Under the pieces are notes generated by a model, which saw only the letters and a program-made list of their open reading frames with translations, was not told the DNA's origin and ran no database searches. Positions 8,010-16,674 of a DNA stretch of 32,000 nucleotides are shown here, in pieces. A program made the translations under genes and the position numbers. Origin of the DNA: an archaeon (GTDB lineage Archaea; Iainarchaeota; Iainarchaeia; Iainarchaeales; CSSED10-239); the NCBI GenBank assembly GCA_035390665.1, contig DAOOUC010000006.1, positions 1 to 32,000 on the forward strand, in the 5' to 3' direction. Position 1 is the first letter of the stretch, and each line of letters opens with the position of its first letter.

Positions 8010-8432
8010 ATGGTAAAAGGATGTATTTTTTGTAAAATTTCAAAAGGGAAGATGCCTTGCTATAAGGTTTATGAAGATAAAAAAATTATTGCTTTTTTAG
8101 ATATTAATCCAATAACTAAAGGACATACACTTGTGATACCTAAAAAACACCATGAAAATATCTTTGATTGTAAGGATAAAATTTTAGAAAAGATTATTAA
8201 AGTCGCTCAAAAGATTGCAATTAATTATAAGGAAAAATTAGGATGTACTGGAGTAAATGTATTAAATGCTTCTGGGCAATCAGCAGAACAATCAGTATAT
8301 CATATTCATTTTCATATAATTCCAAGATTTGATGAAGATGGTTATAAAACCTGGCCAAATACAGGATATCAAAAAGAAGATTTAGAAAGTTTAACAAATA
8401 AATTAAAACTTGAAGAAAATGGTAAAGAATAG
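8010..8432 (+). CDS. HIT-family nucleotide hydrolase/transferase (HinT-like)
   Basis: Histidine triad HIHFHIIPR. N-terminal CIFCKI and ITKGHTLVIPKKH. GGAGG lies 9 nt upstream of the ATG. Confidence 0.85.
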   Translation: MVKGCIFCKISKGKMPCYKVYEDKKIIAFLDINPITKGHTLVIPKKHHENIFDCKDKILEKIIKVAQKIAINYKEKLGCTGVNVLNASGQSAEQSVYHIHFHIIPRFDEDGYKTWPNTGYQKEDLESLTNKLKLEENGKE

Positions 8433-9327
8433 ACAAATAAATCTAAATAAATCAATGAATAGAAGAGAACAAAGAAAAACTATTTATCAAACTAAATTAA
8501 ATCTAACTGCCGAAGAAAGAACACAACGTAAAAAAGACTTCTTAAGATTTCTAAACGAAAGACAAAAGATTGAAGTTAAAGAAAAAGTAAAAAATCCAAG
8601 ATTTAGATTTGTAGAATCAGAAACAAAAGAATTAGGATATTCTAAATTAGCAAAACAAATAATACACGAAACCCCAGGACTATTAAGAGAATTTTATAGA
8701 GTATCAAAAGAAAGACTAAAAGAATATAAAGACCCAGAAGGCAGATTTGAAATAAAAAGACACTTGATGTTGCCGTCTGTTAGAACAACAAACGTTGCTT
8801 ATGTCTTGTCTGTTAAACATAATGGAAAAATAAAGAGATTTTTTATAAAAGAAACAAATAATTCAGGAATTTTAGAAAGAACAAGTGGAAATAACAAAAC
8901 TACTTCTTTTTTAGATTATGTAAATAGAGGAATAGACGGAATAAGTGAAGCAAGAGCTTTATCTTTGATTCAAGATTGTGGGATTCAAATAATTACTCAT
9001 CATTTTGCGTTTAAAGATCTAGAAAGAAAAAAAAGCTATATTGTTTATGATTTTGTACCAGAATTATTAAATGGAATACATTTAAAGAAATTAATCTCAA
9101 GAAAACAAATACCTATGTCAAAGATACAAGAAATAAAACAATATATTGAAGATGCAAAAGATAAGATTTATCAAGAATTAAAAAATAAGAACAAATATGG
9201 AATAGAGGATAATAGAATCATAACAGATATTTTAGATTTCGATAATATTTATTATGATAGTAAAAAAGATAAGGTATTTTTATTTGATCCTTTATTAGAA
9301 AATACAGAATATGTAAGAAAGATATGA
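8419..9327 (+). CDS. Hypothetical protein, paralogue 2 of the family
   Basis: The first ATG (8419) overlaps the HIT 3' end. Alternative starts are TTG 8410 and ATG 8455. Family motifs: IIHETPGLLREF, RFFIKE, SGN, GIQII, SYIVYDF, DILDFDNIYY, VFLFDP. The stop overlaps the next gene (ATGA at 9324-9327). Confidence 0.6.
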   Translation: MVKNRQINLNKSMNRREQRKTIYQTKLNLTAEERTQRKKDFLRFLNERQKIEVKEKVKNPRFRFVESETKELGYSKLAKQIIHETPGLLREFYRVSKERLKEYKDPEGRFEIKRHLMLPSVRTTNVAYVLSVKHNGKIKRFFIKETNNSGILERTSGNNKTTSFLDYVNRGIDGISEARALSLIQDCGIQIITHHFAFKDLERKKSYIVYDFVPELLNGIHLKKLISRKQIPMSKIQEIKQYIEDAKDKIYQELKNKNKYGIEDNRIITDILDFDNIYYDSKKDKVFLFDPLLENTEYVRKI

Positions 9328-10730
9328 ATAAAATAATTAAAGCAATATTATTTTCATCAATAATATTCTTAATAATAATATTACAAACAATTGTGGGAAA
9401 TATGAATGATAATAATTTTAGAAAACCAACAGTGGCTGGAAGTTTCTATCCTGAAAATAAAGCAATACTTACAAGTCAATTAGATACTTTTTTTGAAAAA
9501 GTAGAAATAAAATATTCTGGAGAAAAAGTAAATGCACTTATTGTTCCACACGCAGGATATATATATTCTGGAAAAACAGCAATGTTTGGCTATAAAGAAC
9601 TTTACTTGGATTTATTACTTAGAGAAGAAGATAATTTTAAAATTATTATTATTGCCCCTGCGCACACAGAATATGTTAAAGATATAGTTATATCTGACTA
9701 TAATTATTTTAGAACACCATTTGGAGATATTAAAATTAATTCTACAAAAATAAAAGCAGAAATAAACAACTCTCCACATGTTAAAGAACACTCTATTGAA
9801 GTTCAGCTTCCTTTCTTACAATATATTTTCCAAAAGGCAGGAAAAGAATTTACAATTGTTCCTATAATTGTTGGAGAAGTAAATGAAAAAGAAATATCAG
9901 AAATTGCTAAAGATATAAACAAAGAAATTACAGAAAATACAATAGTGATTGTCTCAAGTGATCTTTCACATTATCTACCTGAAGAAAAAGCTAAAGAAAT
10001 TGATAATAAAACAATACAGCAAATCTTGGACAACACAACAAATAACAAAATAGATGCCTGTGGTAAAAACCCTATATTGGTATTAGAAGAAATTGCTAAA
10101 ATAAAAAAATGGAATAAGCCAAAACTATTAAAACAAACAACCTCTGGAGATGTCACAAAAGACAAAAAAGCAGTTGTTGGTTATGCAAGTATTTCTTATA
10201 CAGAAAATAAAGAACATTTATTGATAAGATTAGCACATAGATCAATACAAAATGTTTTTGATTCCAGAGCTGATAACTTTAAAGACTTACAAACCTCAAT
10301 TCCAAAAGAATACTTAGAAAAGAAAGGAAGTTTTGTAACTTTAACAATAGGAAAAAGACTAAGAGGATGTATTGGTAACATTACAAGCACAAAAACAGTT
10401 TTTGAAGGAATAATTTCTAATTCCAAGTTTGCTGCTTTTCAAGACCCACGTTTTGATGAATTAACTGAAAAAGAATTTGAGAGAACAGATATTGAAATAT
10501 CAATTCTTTCTAAACCAAAAGATTGTACTTTAGAAGAAATCAAGATTGGAGAAGGAGTAATTATAAGACAAGGGGTAGCTAGTGCTGTTTATCTTCCACA
10601 AGTTTGGGAACAATTACCTGATAAAGATCAATTTCTTGCAAGTCTATGTGAGAAAGCAGGACTAGAGTGGAACTGTTACAAAGAAAAAGAAACAAAATTT
10701 CAAAAATTTTCTGTTGAAATAATTGAATAA
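9324..10730 (+). CDS. Fusion of Memo-like (AmmeMemoRadiSam protein B) and AMMECR1 (protein A) domains with an N-terminal TM helix
   Basis: N-terminal hydrophobic IIKAILFSSIIFLIIILQTIV. Memo motifs: VAGSFYPEN, LIVPHAGYIYSG, IIAPAHT, EHSIEVQLPFLQ, SSDLSHY. AMMECR1 motifs: GSFVTLT...LRGCIGN, QDPRF, ISILS, AVYLPQVW. Confidence 0.8.
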   Translation: MNKIIKAILFSSIIFLIIILQTIVGNMNDNNFRKPTVAGSFYPENKAILTSQLDTFFEKVEIKYSGEKVNALIVPHAGYIYSGKTAMFGYKELYLDLLLREEDNFKIIIIAPAHTEYVKDIVISDYNYFRTPFGDIKINSTKIKAEINNSPHVKEHSIEVQLPFLQYIFQKAGKEFTIVPIIVGEVNEKEISEIAKDINKEITENTIVIVSSDLSHYLPEEKAKEIDNKTIQQILDNTTNNKIDACGKNPILVLEEIAKIKKWNKPKLLKQTTSGDVTKDKKAVVGYASISYTENKEHLLIRLAHRSIQNVFDSRADNFKDLQTSIPKEYLEKKGSFVTLTIGKRLRGCIGNITSTKTVFEGIISNSKFAAFQDPRFDELTEKEFERTDIEISILSKPKDCTLEEIKIGEGVIIRQGVASAVYLPQVWEQLPDKDQFLASLCEKAGLEWNCYKEKETKFQKFSVEIIE

Positions 10731-10734
10731 AAAA

Positions 10735-12129
10735 TTATAAGAAATATGGAATGATATTTAGTATTAATAATAATAATATCATATATCCAAAAAATTTCTT
10801 AACCATTTTCATTCTCTTTTCTTCATCATGTCTTTTATTTAAATACCCTGAATAAATGTTTTGTGCAAGAGACCCACCATCAAACGGAATTGTTGGAAGG
10901 AAATTTGTAGTTGCAATTATAAAATTAAGCATAACAAACCAAAGAAGGACTTGGTAAATTAATTTATAACTTTTATATTTTTGTGGTAAAGGAACACTTT
11001 CATCAATCTTAATATCAGCAGAAATACCAATATTTCCTAATTCATTTGTTCTTATATATTCTGTTCTTGTAATATTAGTATCAATATTTTGAACAACAAA
11101 AACATTTTCATAATCGTTCTTTACAGCTTTACGTAAATCACTTTGAGTCTTAATTGTTTTACTATTAACTGAAAGGATTTTATCATTTTTTACAAGTTTA
11201 CCATATGCAGGATTTTCAAAAGAAGAACCACAGATCTCTGCACTTTCTGTAACATTGTTTACAACTAAACCAATCTCTCTTTGATTATCTATTGATGTTG
11301 TGTATTTTGAAATTGGAGAAGTAATCATTAAAAGAATCAAACCAAAAACAACAGCTAAGAAAAGATTACTTGCTGGCCCTGCCGCATACATTTTTGTAAC
11401 CTTTCTTTTATCAATTTTTTTTAATTGTTCTTCATCTGGTTCAACAAATGCACCTAATGGAAGTATTCCAAAAAGAATAACCCCAACTGACTTTAATCTA
11501 ACTTTTGCAACACGAAGCATTATTCCATGACAAAATTCATGAATAAATGCAGCAATAATTAAAATAATCCAACCATACCAAGGAATAAAGAAATTTGTTT
11601 TAGGAACCTTTACGCCTGGAATTACTAAACCAACACCTGGACAAGCAACTTTTCCTACAAACATTTTTGCAATAATATCATATGCTGAAAATATCAAAGA
11701 ACCAAGAATAAAACCAGATAGTCCCATTAAACCAGTTAAACCTACAATGAAATATGAAATAAACTTAGGGATTAGAGGATTATTAAAAAATAAACTTCCC
11801 GCAAGATAATATGAAACAACAGTAAAGACAATTAGAGAAATAATAAATATTATAGTTCTTTTTAATTTACTTGCTTTATCTTTAATTAAATAATCAATTC
11901 CAAAAGGGCCAAAACCAGCAATTATTCCAAAATTAGATAACCAAGTTAATTGTTTTTCATATTTTTTTGATAATTTATCTATTGTTTTTGTTAATTTTTT
12001 TGTTTCCAATAAAATAAATAACCAAAGCATTGTTCTTGTTTTAAAGAAAATTCTTGCAACGCTTGCACAAAATAATGCAACTAAAAAAATTAAAATTATC
12101 CATAAATAGGTTGTCATATTGATTCTCAT
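10735..12129 (-). CDS. Site-2 protease family (M50) membrane zinc metalloprotease with a PDZ-like insert
   Basis: HEFCHGIM (HExxH) within a TM segment, NFLPTIPFDGG near the C-terminus, multiple TM helices. Confidence 0.8.
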   Translation of the reverse strand: MRINMTTYLWIILIFLVALFCASVARIFFKTRTMLWLFILLETKKLTKTIDKLSKKYEKQLTWLSNFGIIAGFGPFGIDYLIKDKASKLKRTIIFIISLIVFTVVSYYLAGSLFFNNPLIPKFISYFIVGLTGLMGLSGFILGSLIFSAYDIIAKMFVGKVACPGVGLVIPGVKVPKTNFFIPWYGWIILIIAAFIHEFCHGIMLRVAKVRLKSVGVILFGILPLGAFVEPDEEQLKKIDKRKVTKMYAAGPASNLFLAVVFGLILLMITSPISKYTTSIDNQREIGLVVNNVTESAEICGSSFENPAYGKLVKNDKILSVNSKTIKTQSDLRKAVKNDYENVFVVQNIDTNITRTEYIRTNELGNIGISADIKIDESVPLPQKYKSYKLIYQVLLWFVMLNFIIATTNFLPTIPFDGGSLAQNIYSGYLNKRHDEEKRMKMVKKFFGYMILLLLILNIIPYFL

Positions 12130-12211
12130 TTTATTATTGTTATAATATTTATGTTATATTATATTTATATTAGTTATGCTACTTATCTATATTAGTAAAC
12201 TTGGTGAAAAA

Positions 12212-13252
12212 ATGGGAGTTGCTATTGGACCTTTAGTTGAAGATTGTAAGAAAAGAATAGAGCTATCTGAGTTTAAAGGCAAAAAATTTGGTTTTGATGC
12301 ATATAATATGCTATATCAATTTGTTACAACGATAAGAGGAATAGATGGAGAACCTCTTAAAAATGAAAAAGGAGAAATTACTAGTCACTATTCTGGAATA
12401 TTTTATAGAATATCTAATGTTTTAAGTAATGGAATTACACCTGTGTTTGTTTATGATGGAAAAAGCAACGAATTAAAGAACCAAACAAAACAAGATAGAA
12501 GGAACAAAAGAGCAGAAGCTAAAGAAAAACTAGATCAAGCAATCCTAGATGAAGACCTTGAAAGCATGAATAAGTTTTCTAGACAATCTGCAACTATTGA
12601 TAAAAAGATAATAGATGAATCACAAGAACTTCTTCAAGCTATGGGAGTATCTTGTTTTACAGCTCCTGGAGAAGCAGAAGCACAAATTTCTTACATGACT
12701 TCAAACAATCAAGTTGATTATTGTGTATCACAAGACTTTGATTGCCTTTTATTTGGTTCTCCAAATCTTGTTAAGAATATCGGAGTAAGTGGAAAAAGAA
12801 AGGTTCCTTTCAAGAAAGTATATGTTGACGTTTATCCATACATCCTTGAAAGCGAACAAGTGTTTTCTAAACTAAACATCACAAGAGAAAAACTAATCTG
12901 GATGTCTATGCTTATAGGAACAGACTTTAATAACAAGGTTGAAGGCATTGGCCCTAAGACTGCTCTTAAACTCGTACAAACAAATAACTCCTTTGAAGAC
13001 ATTTTAACAGAAATAAAAAAGAAAAATGTAGAAATTGATTTTGATTACAAAGAGATACAAGATATCTTTCTTAATCCAGATATAGACAAACAACCAAAAT
13101 ATGAAAAACAAACATTCAACCGTTCAAAGATAGAGCACATACTTATTGACAAAGCAGGATTTGAAGAAAAAAGAACAATTAATTATCTTAACGAATTTGA
13201 AAAGAAAAGAAACGAAGTAGATAAACAAAAAACACTAAGTAAATGGTTTTAG
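12212..13252 (+). CDS. fen: Flap endonuclease 1
   Basis: MGVAIGPLV start typical of FEN1, DAYNMLYQF, VFVYDG, APGEAEAQ, SQDFDCLLFG, GTDFN..V.GIGPKTA. The upstream ATG 12176 falls in the TATA region, so 12212 is preferred. Confidence 0.88.
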   Translation: MGVAIGPLVEDCKKRIELSEFKGKKFGFDAYNMLYQFVTTIRGIDGEPLKNEKGEITSHYSGIFYRISNVLSNGITPVFVYDGKSNELKNQTKQDRRNKRAEAKEKLDQAILDEDLESMNKFSRQSATIDKKIIDESQELLQAMGVSCFTAPGEAEAQISYMTSNNQVDYCVSQDFDCLLFGSPNLVKNIGVSGKRKVPFKKVYVDVYPYILESEQVFSKLNITREKLIWMSMLIGTDFNNKVEGIGPKTALKLVQTNNSFEDILTEIKKKNVEIDFDYKEIQDIFLNPDIDKQPKYEKQTFNRSKIEHILIDKAGFEEKRTINYLNEFEKKRNEVDKQKTLSKWF

Positions 13253-13255
13253 AAA

Positions 13256-13966
13256 ATGTTTAAAAGAATAATTACAAAAGTAAGTAATGCATTAAAACCG
13301 AAACAATGGGTTAGAGATAAGAGTGTTCCTCCAAAGACAGGTAAATCAATTAAAGAAATTTTAGATAATGACCCACATAAAGATTTAGAAATCCTTATAA
13401 GAAAAATAAAAACAGGTAAAGAAAAGGGAACATATGTTGATACTTCCGTAAGAAGATTAAAAGGACAAGTAGATGAAAGTAATGCTTATGATAGTGGAGT
13501 TGAACATCCAGATTTTAATAATCAAAAAGATATTATGATTCACACACACCCTAATGATCATCCAATCCCAAGTCCTGTTGATTTAATGGAGGATATCTAT
13601 AGATATGAATTAATAGATATTTATAAAAAGGACAAAAATAAACCGGCATCATTACCAATGACGGTTATTTCAGTTAAAGATTCAAAAACTCATGAAGAAA
13701 TTGGGCGTACATATTATACAATACCAAAGTTTAAAGATAAAAATGGCAATTTAACTAATGATCCAAAATATGCCCTTGAGAAATTTAAACAATTATTAAA
13801 TCCAAACTCATTTTCGAATTTTAAATGGGCGGTTGGTAGTTTAGCCCAAGGCAAAACACATGATTATAATGCAATAAAAAAATACTTAGATATTCATTTT
13901 AAGTTTATACCTGCGAAAGGTTATAGATTTAATAAAAAGAAAATAAGATTTGAAAAAATAAAATAA
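13256..13966 (+). CDS. JAMM/MPN+ metalloprotease-motif protein
   Basis: HTHPNDHPIPSPVD fits HxH-x7-S-xx-D exactly, with an upstream Glu (GVEHPD). The rest of the protein is unrecognisable. It starts 4 nt after the FEN1 stop. Confidence 0.55.
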   Translation: MFKRIITKVSNALKPKQWVRDKSVPPKTGKSIKEILDNDPHKDLEILIRKIKTGKEKGTYVDTSVRRLKGQVDESNAYDSGVEHPDFNNQKDIMIHTHPNDHPIPSPVDLMEDIYRYELIDIYKKDKNKPASLPMTVISVKDSKTHEEIGRTYYTIPKFKDKNGNLTNDPKYALEKFKQLLNPNSFSNFKWAVGSLAQGKTHDYNAIKKYLDIHFKFIPAKGYRFNKKKIRFEKIK

Positions 13967-13995
13967 GAAATAGAAAAATAAAAAGTAAATTAGAA

Positions 13996-14148
13996 CTACT
14001 TAGCTCTTTTACCTTTCTTCTTTACTCTAATCTTTACTGATTTACATTTTCTACAACATTCTGGTTTCTTTGGTGATCTCATTGTAGCATTACATGCCAT
14101 ACAACACCACATGTTCTTTAATCTTCTTTGTTTTGCTGCTTCATCCAT
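13996..14148 (-). CDS. rpl40e: Ribosomal protein L40e (50 aa; absent from the ORF track)
   Basis: Manual translation: MDEAAKQRRLKNMWCCMACNATMRSPKKPECCRKCKSVKIRVKKKGKRAK. It has the CxxC...CxxC zinc ribbon and basic tail typical of archaeal L40e. Confidence 0.7.
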   Translation of the reverse strand: MDEAAKQRRLKNMWCCMACNATMRSPKKPECCRKCKSVKIRVKKKGKRAK

Positions 14149-14370
14149 ATTCTTTTTACACCTTTTAATTATTAATGTTAATATACTTCCATAAAATAAG
14201 AAATACTATATAATAATTATAATAAATAAACTTTATAAATAGAAGTCTTATATAAGTAATAAAAAAATAAATAGAAACCCATATAATATATAAATGTTTT
14301 TGTTCTTATTTATATATAATATTTCTATTTTTAAGTAGTCGACCTTAAATAAATAGAAAGATACCTTTAT

Positions 14371-14444
14371 GCTCCGATAGTGTAGCCCGGTAATCACACT
14401 GGCCTTTCAAGCCAGTAACGCGGGTCCGAATCCCGCTCAGAGCA
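14371..14444 (+). tRNA. tRNA-Glu (anticodon UUC)
   Basis: Acceptor GCTCCGA/TCAGAGC (one C-A mismatch), D stem GTGT/ACAC, anticodon stem CTGGC/GCCAG with loop CTTTCAA, T-arm GCGGG-TCCGAAT-CCCGC. Confidence 0.8.
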
Positions 14445-14519
14445 GATTTAAATTTAAGATGACTTTAAAAACTTAAAGAGACATAAATATTATAAGAAAT
14501 GAAACAATAAAGTGATAAA

Positions 14520-14651
14520 ATGGGAACACGTAAAAAAGATAGCAGTAGATTTAAAAAAACCAGATCCAGAGAAAGATGGAAATGGAAAAAGAAGAAAATG
14601 AGAGAAAAGCAAAGAGAAAGAAGATATTTAAGAAAGAGAGCAGCTACATAA
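14520..14651 (+). CDS. Small very basic protein, ribosomal protein L41e-like (43 aa; absent from the ORF track)
   Basis: MGTRKKDSSRFKKTRSREKWKWKKKKMREKQRERRYLRKRAAT. The KWKWKKKKMR.K.R.RR.LRKR core resembles eL41 (KW+KK+MRRLKRKRRK). It lies next to rRNA, tRNA and L40e genes. Confidence 0.45.
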   Translation: MGTRKKDSSRFKKTRSRERWKWKKKKMREKQRERRYLRKRAAT

Positions 14652-14727
14652 AGCTGACTTTCTTTTATTTTATTCTTATTATATTTTTTTCTTTAAATCA
14701 AGTTCTAATTCTTTAATTTTAGAATCA

Positions 14728-14745
14728 AAACATCTATTTATAAAT
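14728..14745 (+). promoter_or_regulatory. Candidate distal 16S promoter (copy 1 of an 18-nt repeat with a TATA box)
   Basis: AAACATCTATTTATAAAT is repeated exactly at 14832-14849 and contains TTTATAAA. Confidence 0.4.
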
Positions 14746-14831
14746 TAATTGCTCTTTCTTTAATGTATAAATTATTTTAGTTAAAGACCACAGAAAATTA
14801 TCTAGTGGTTGATAGAAAAATCATGTTTTTT

Positions 14832-14849
14832 AAACATCTATTTATAAAT
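14832..14849 (+). promoter_or_regulatory. Candidate proximal 16S promoter (copy 2 of the 18-nt repeat)
   Basis: Exact repeat of 14728-14745, about 160 nt upstream of the 16S 5' end. Confidence 0.4.
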
Positions 14850-15006
14850 CTTTCTCTACTTATATTTATTATAACTGTAAAAAAGTTTCAAGCAATTTTG
14901 CAGTTCTATACTTTTTGTGAGGGTTCAAGATATTTGAGTCTGATGTTAGGAAAAAGATGTGTAATGCATAAACTGTTTAAAATTTATGTGTGCATTCTAT
15001 AAAACC

Positions 15007-16502
15007 AATTCCAGCTGATCCTGCTGGTGGATACTGCTATTAGAGTTTGACTAAGACATGCAAGTTTGAAAGTCTCGGCCATGAGAGACTTTGGCAGACG
15101 GCTCAGTAACGCGTGGTCAACCTACCTTTCTGATAAGTTAATCTTGGGAAACTGAGGATAATGCTTAATAGAAAAACAAATCTGGAATGATTGTTTTTTC
15201 AAAGGTCTTGCACTCATGCGTGTAAGATGCGGAAAGATGGGACTGCGTCAGATTAGGCTGTTGGCAGGGTAACTGCCTACCAAACCGAAGATCTGTACGG
15301 GCCTTGAGAGAGGGTGCCCGGAGAAGGAAACTGAGATAAGGTTCCTAGCCCTACGGGGTGCAGCAGTCGCGAAACTTTTACAATGCGGGAAACCGTGATA
15401 GAGAGACTCTAAGTGCCAGCAAAAACTGGCTTTTATATAGCTTAGATAGCTATGTGAATAAGGGGGGGGCAATATGCGTGCCAGCCGCCGCGGTAATACG
15501 CAATCCTCGAGTGGTATCCAGCTTTATTTGGCTTAAAGCGTGTGTAGCTGGTTTATTAAGTCTTTTGTGAAAGCAGTGAGCTCAACTTATTGAATTGCAA
15601 AAGATACTGGTAGGCTAGAGATAGGGAGACGTCTGGGGTATTCCTAGAGTAGGAGTAGAATCTTAAGATACTAGGAAGACCACCTGTGGCGAAGGCGCCA
15701 GACGAGAACTAGTCTGACAGTGAGACACGAAAGCTGGGGGCGCAACCCGGATTAGATACCCGGTTAGTCCCAGCCGTAAACGATGCGAATTAGGTGTTGG
15801 GTTAACTACGAGTTAACTCAGGGCCGAAGGGAAACCATTAAATTCGCCGCCTGGGGAGTACAGTCGCAAGGCAGAAACTTAATGGAATTGGCGGGGGTGC
15901 ACTACAAGGGGTGGATGCTGCGGTTTAATTGGATGAAACGCCAGATATTTTACCAGAACAGACAGCAAGATGATGGTCAGTCTAAAGGGCTTACCTGATG
16001 CGCTGAGAGGTGCTGTATGGCCGTCGCCAGCTCGTACTGTGAAGCTTCCTGTTAACTCAGGTAACGGGCGAGACCCATGTTATTAGTTGCTACTTTCTTT
16101 AGTGATAAGGAGAGGCACTCTAATAAGACTGCATTGGTAACAATGAGGAAGGAATGGGCGAAGGCAGGTCTGTATAGCCCGATTGCTCTGGGCAACACGC
16201 GGCATACAATGACTAGGACAATGAGTCTCTAACCCGAAAGGGGGTGGCAATCTCAGAAACCTAGCCGAAGTTCGGATTGTGGGTTGCAACTCACCCACAT
16301 GAAGCTGGAATCCCCAGTAATCGCGTGTCACTATCGCGCGGTGAATATGTCCCTGCGCCTTGCACACACCGCCCATCAAGCCAGTTGAGTAGAGTGTGGA
16401 TGAACTCTAGCCTATTACAGGTTAAAGTAATTCTACATTTTGCGAGACGGACTAAGTTGTAACAAGGTGTCCGTAGGGGAACCTGCGGACGGATCACCTC
16501 CT
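15007..16502 (+). rRNA. rrs: 16S ribosomal RNA (archaeal type)
   Basis: 5' AATTCCAGCTGATCCTGCTGGTGG (cf. ATTCCGGTTGATCCTGCCGGAGG). GTGCCAGCCGCCGCGGTAATAC, GGATTAGATACCC, GCACACACCGCCC. 3' GTAACAAGGT...GGATCACCTCCT. About 1.5 kb. Ends are good to about +/-5 nt. Confidence 0.95.
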
Positions 16503-16674
16503 ATATACAAATTAAATTTGTGTGTACTATTAAGCAAGAAACATAAAATTTGTTTAGCTTTATGAATTTTCCTAACGCCCCACAAAATAAAAACTTTTTT
16601 TATTTTTTAATCGTTAAATTTTAATCTTACTATCAGACCATATTCTTTTAAACACTATGGTAGTTCTTTTAATT

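Noticed and set aside
14160-14370. Recurring ATAAATAGAA-type motifs in the L40e / tRNA-Glu intergenic region
   Set aside because: These are short AT-only words in extremely AT-rich promoter DNA. They are indistinguishable from compositional noise without genome-wide statistics.
14805-15002. 65-aa ORF immediately upstream of the 16S gene
   Set aside because: It starts with a non-ATG codon in the track, spans the putative rRNA promoter/leader including the 18-nt TATA repeat, and has low-complexity hydrophobic content. Most likely non-coding.
15248-16497. Six ORFs of 61-98 aa on both strands (15248-15472, 15358-15570, 15783-15998, 16083-16379, 16277-16462, 16291-16497)
   Set aside because: All lie inside the 16S rRNA gene. 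They exist only because the locally higher GC content depletes stop codons. No coding evidence.
14979-16530. Search for the long-range 16S processing helix (bulge-helix-bulge) formed by the 5' and 3' flanks
   Set aside because: The similar flank sequences (AAATTTATGTGTGCA / AAATTTGTGTGTACT) are direct, not complementary. Only local hairpins are visible, so no processing stem is reported as a feature.
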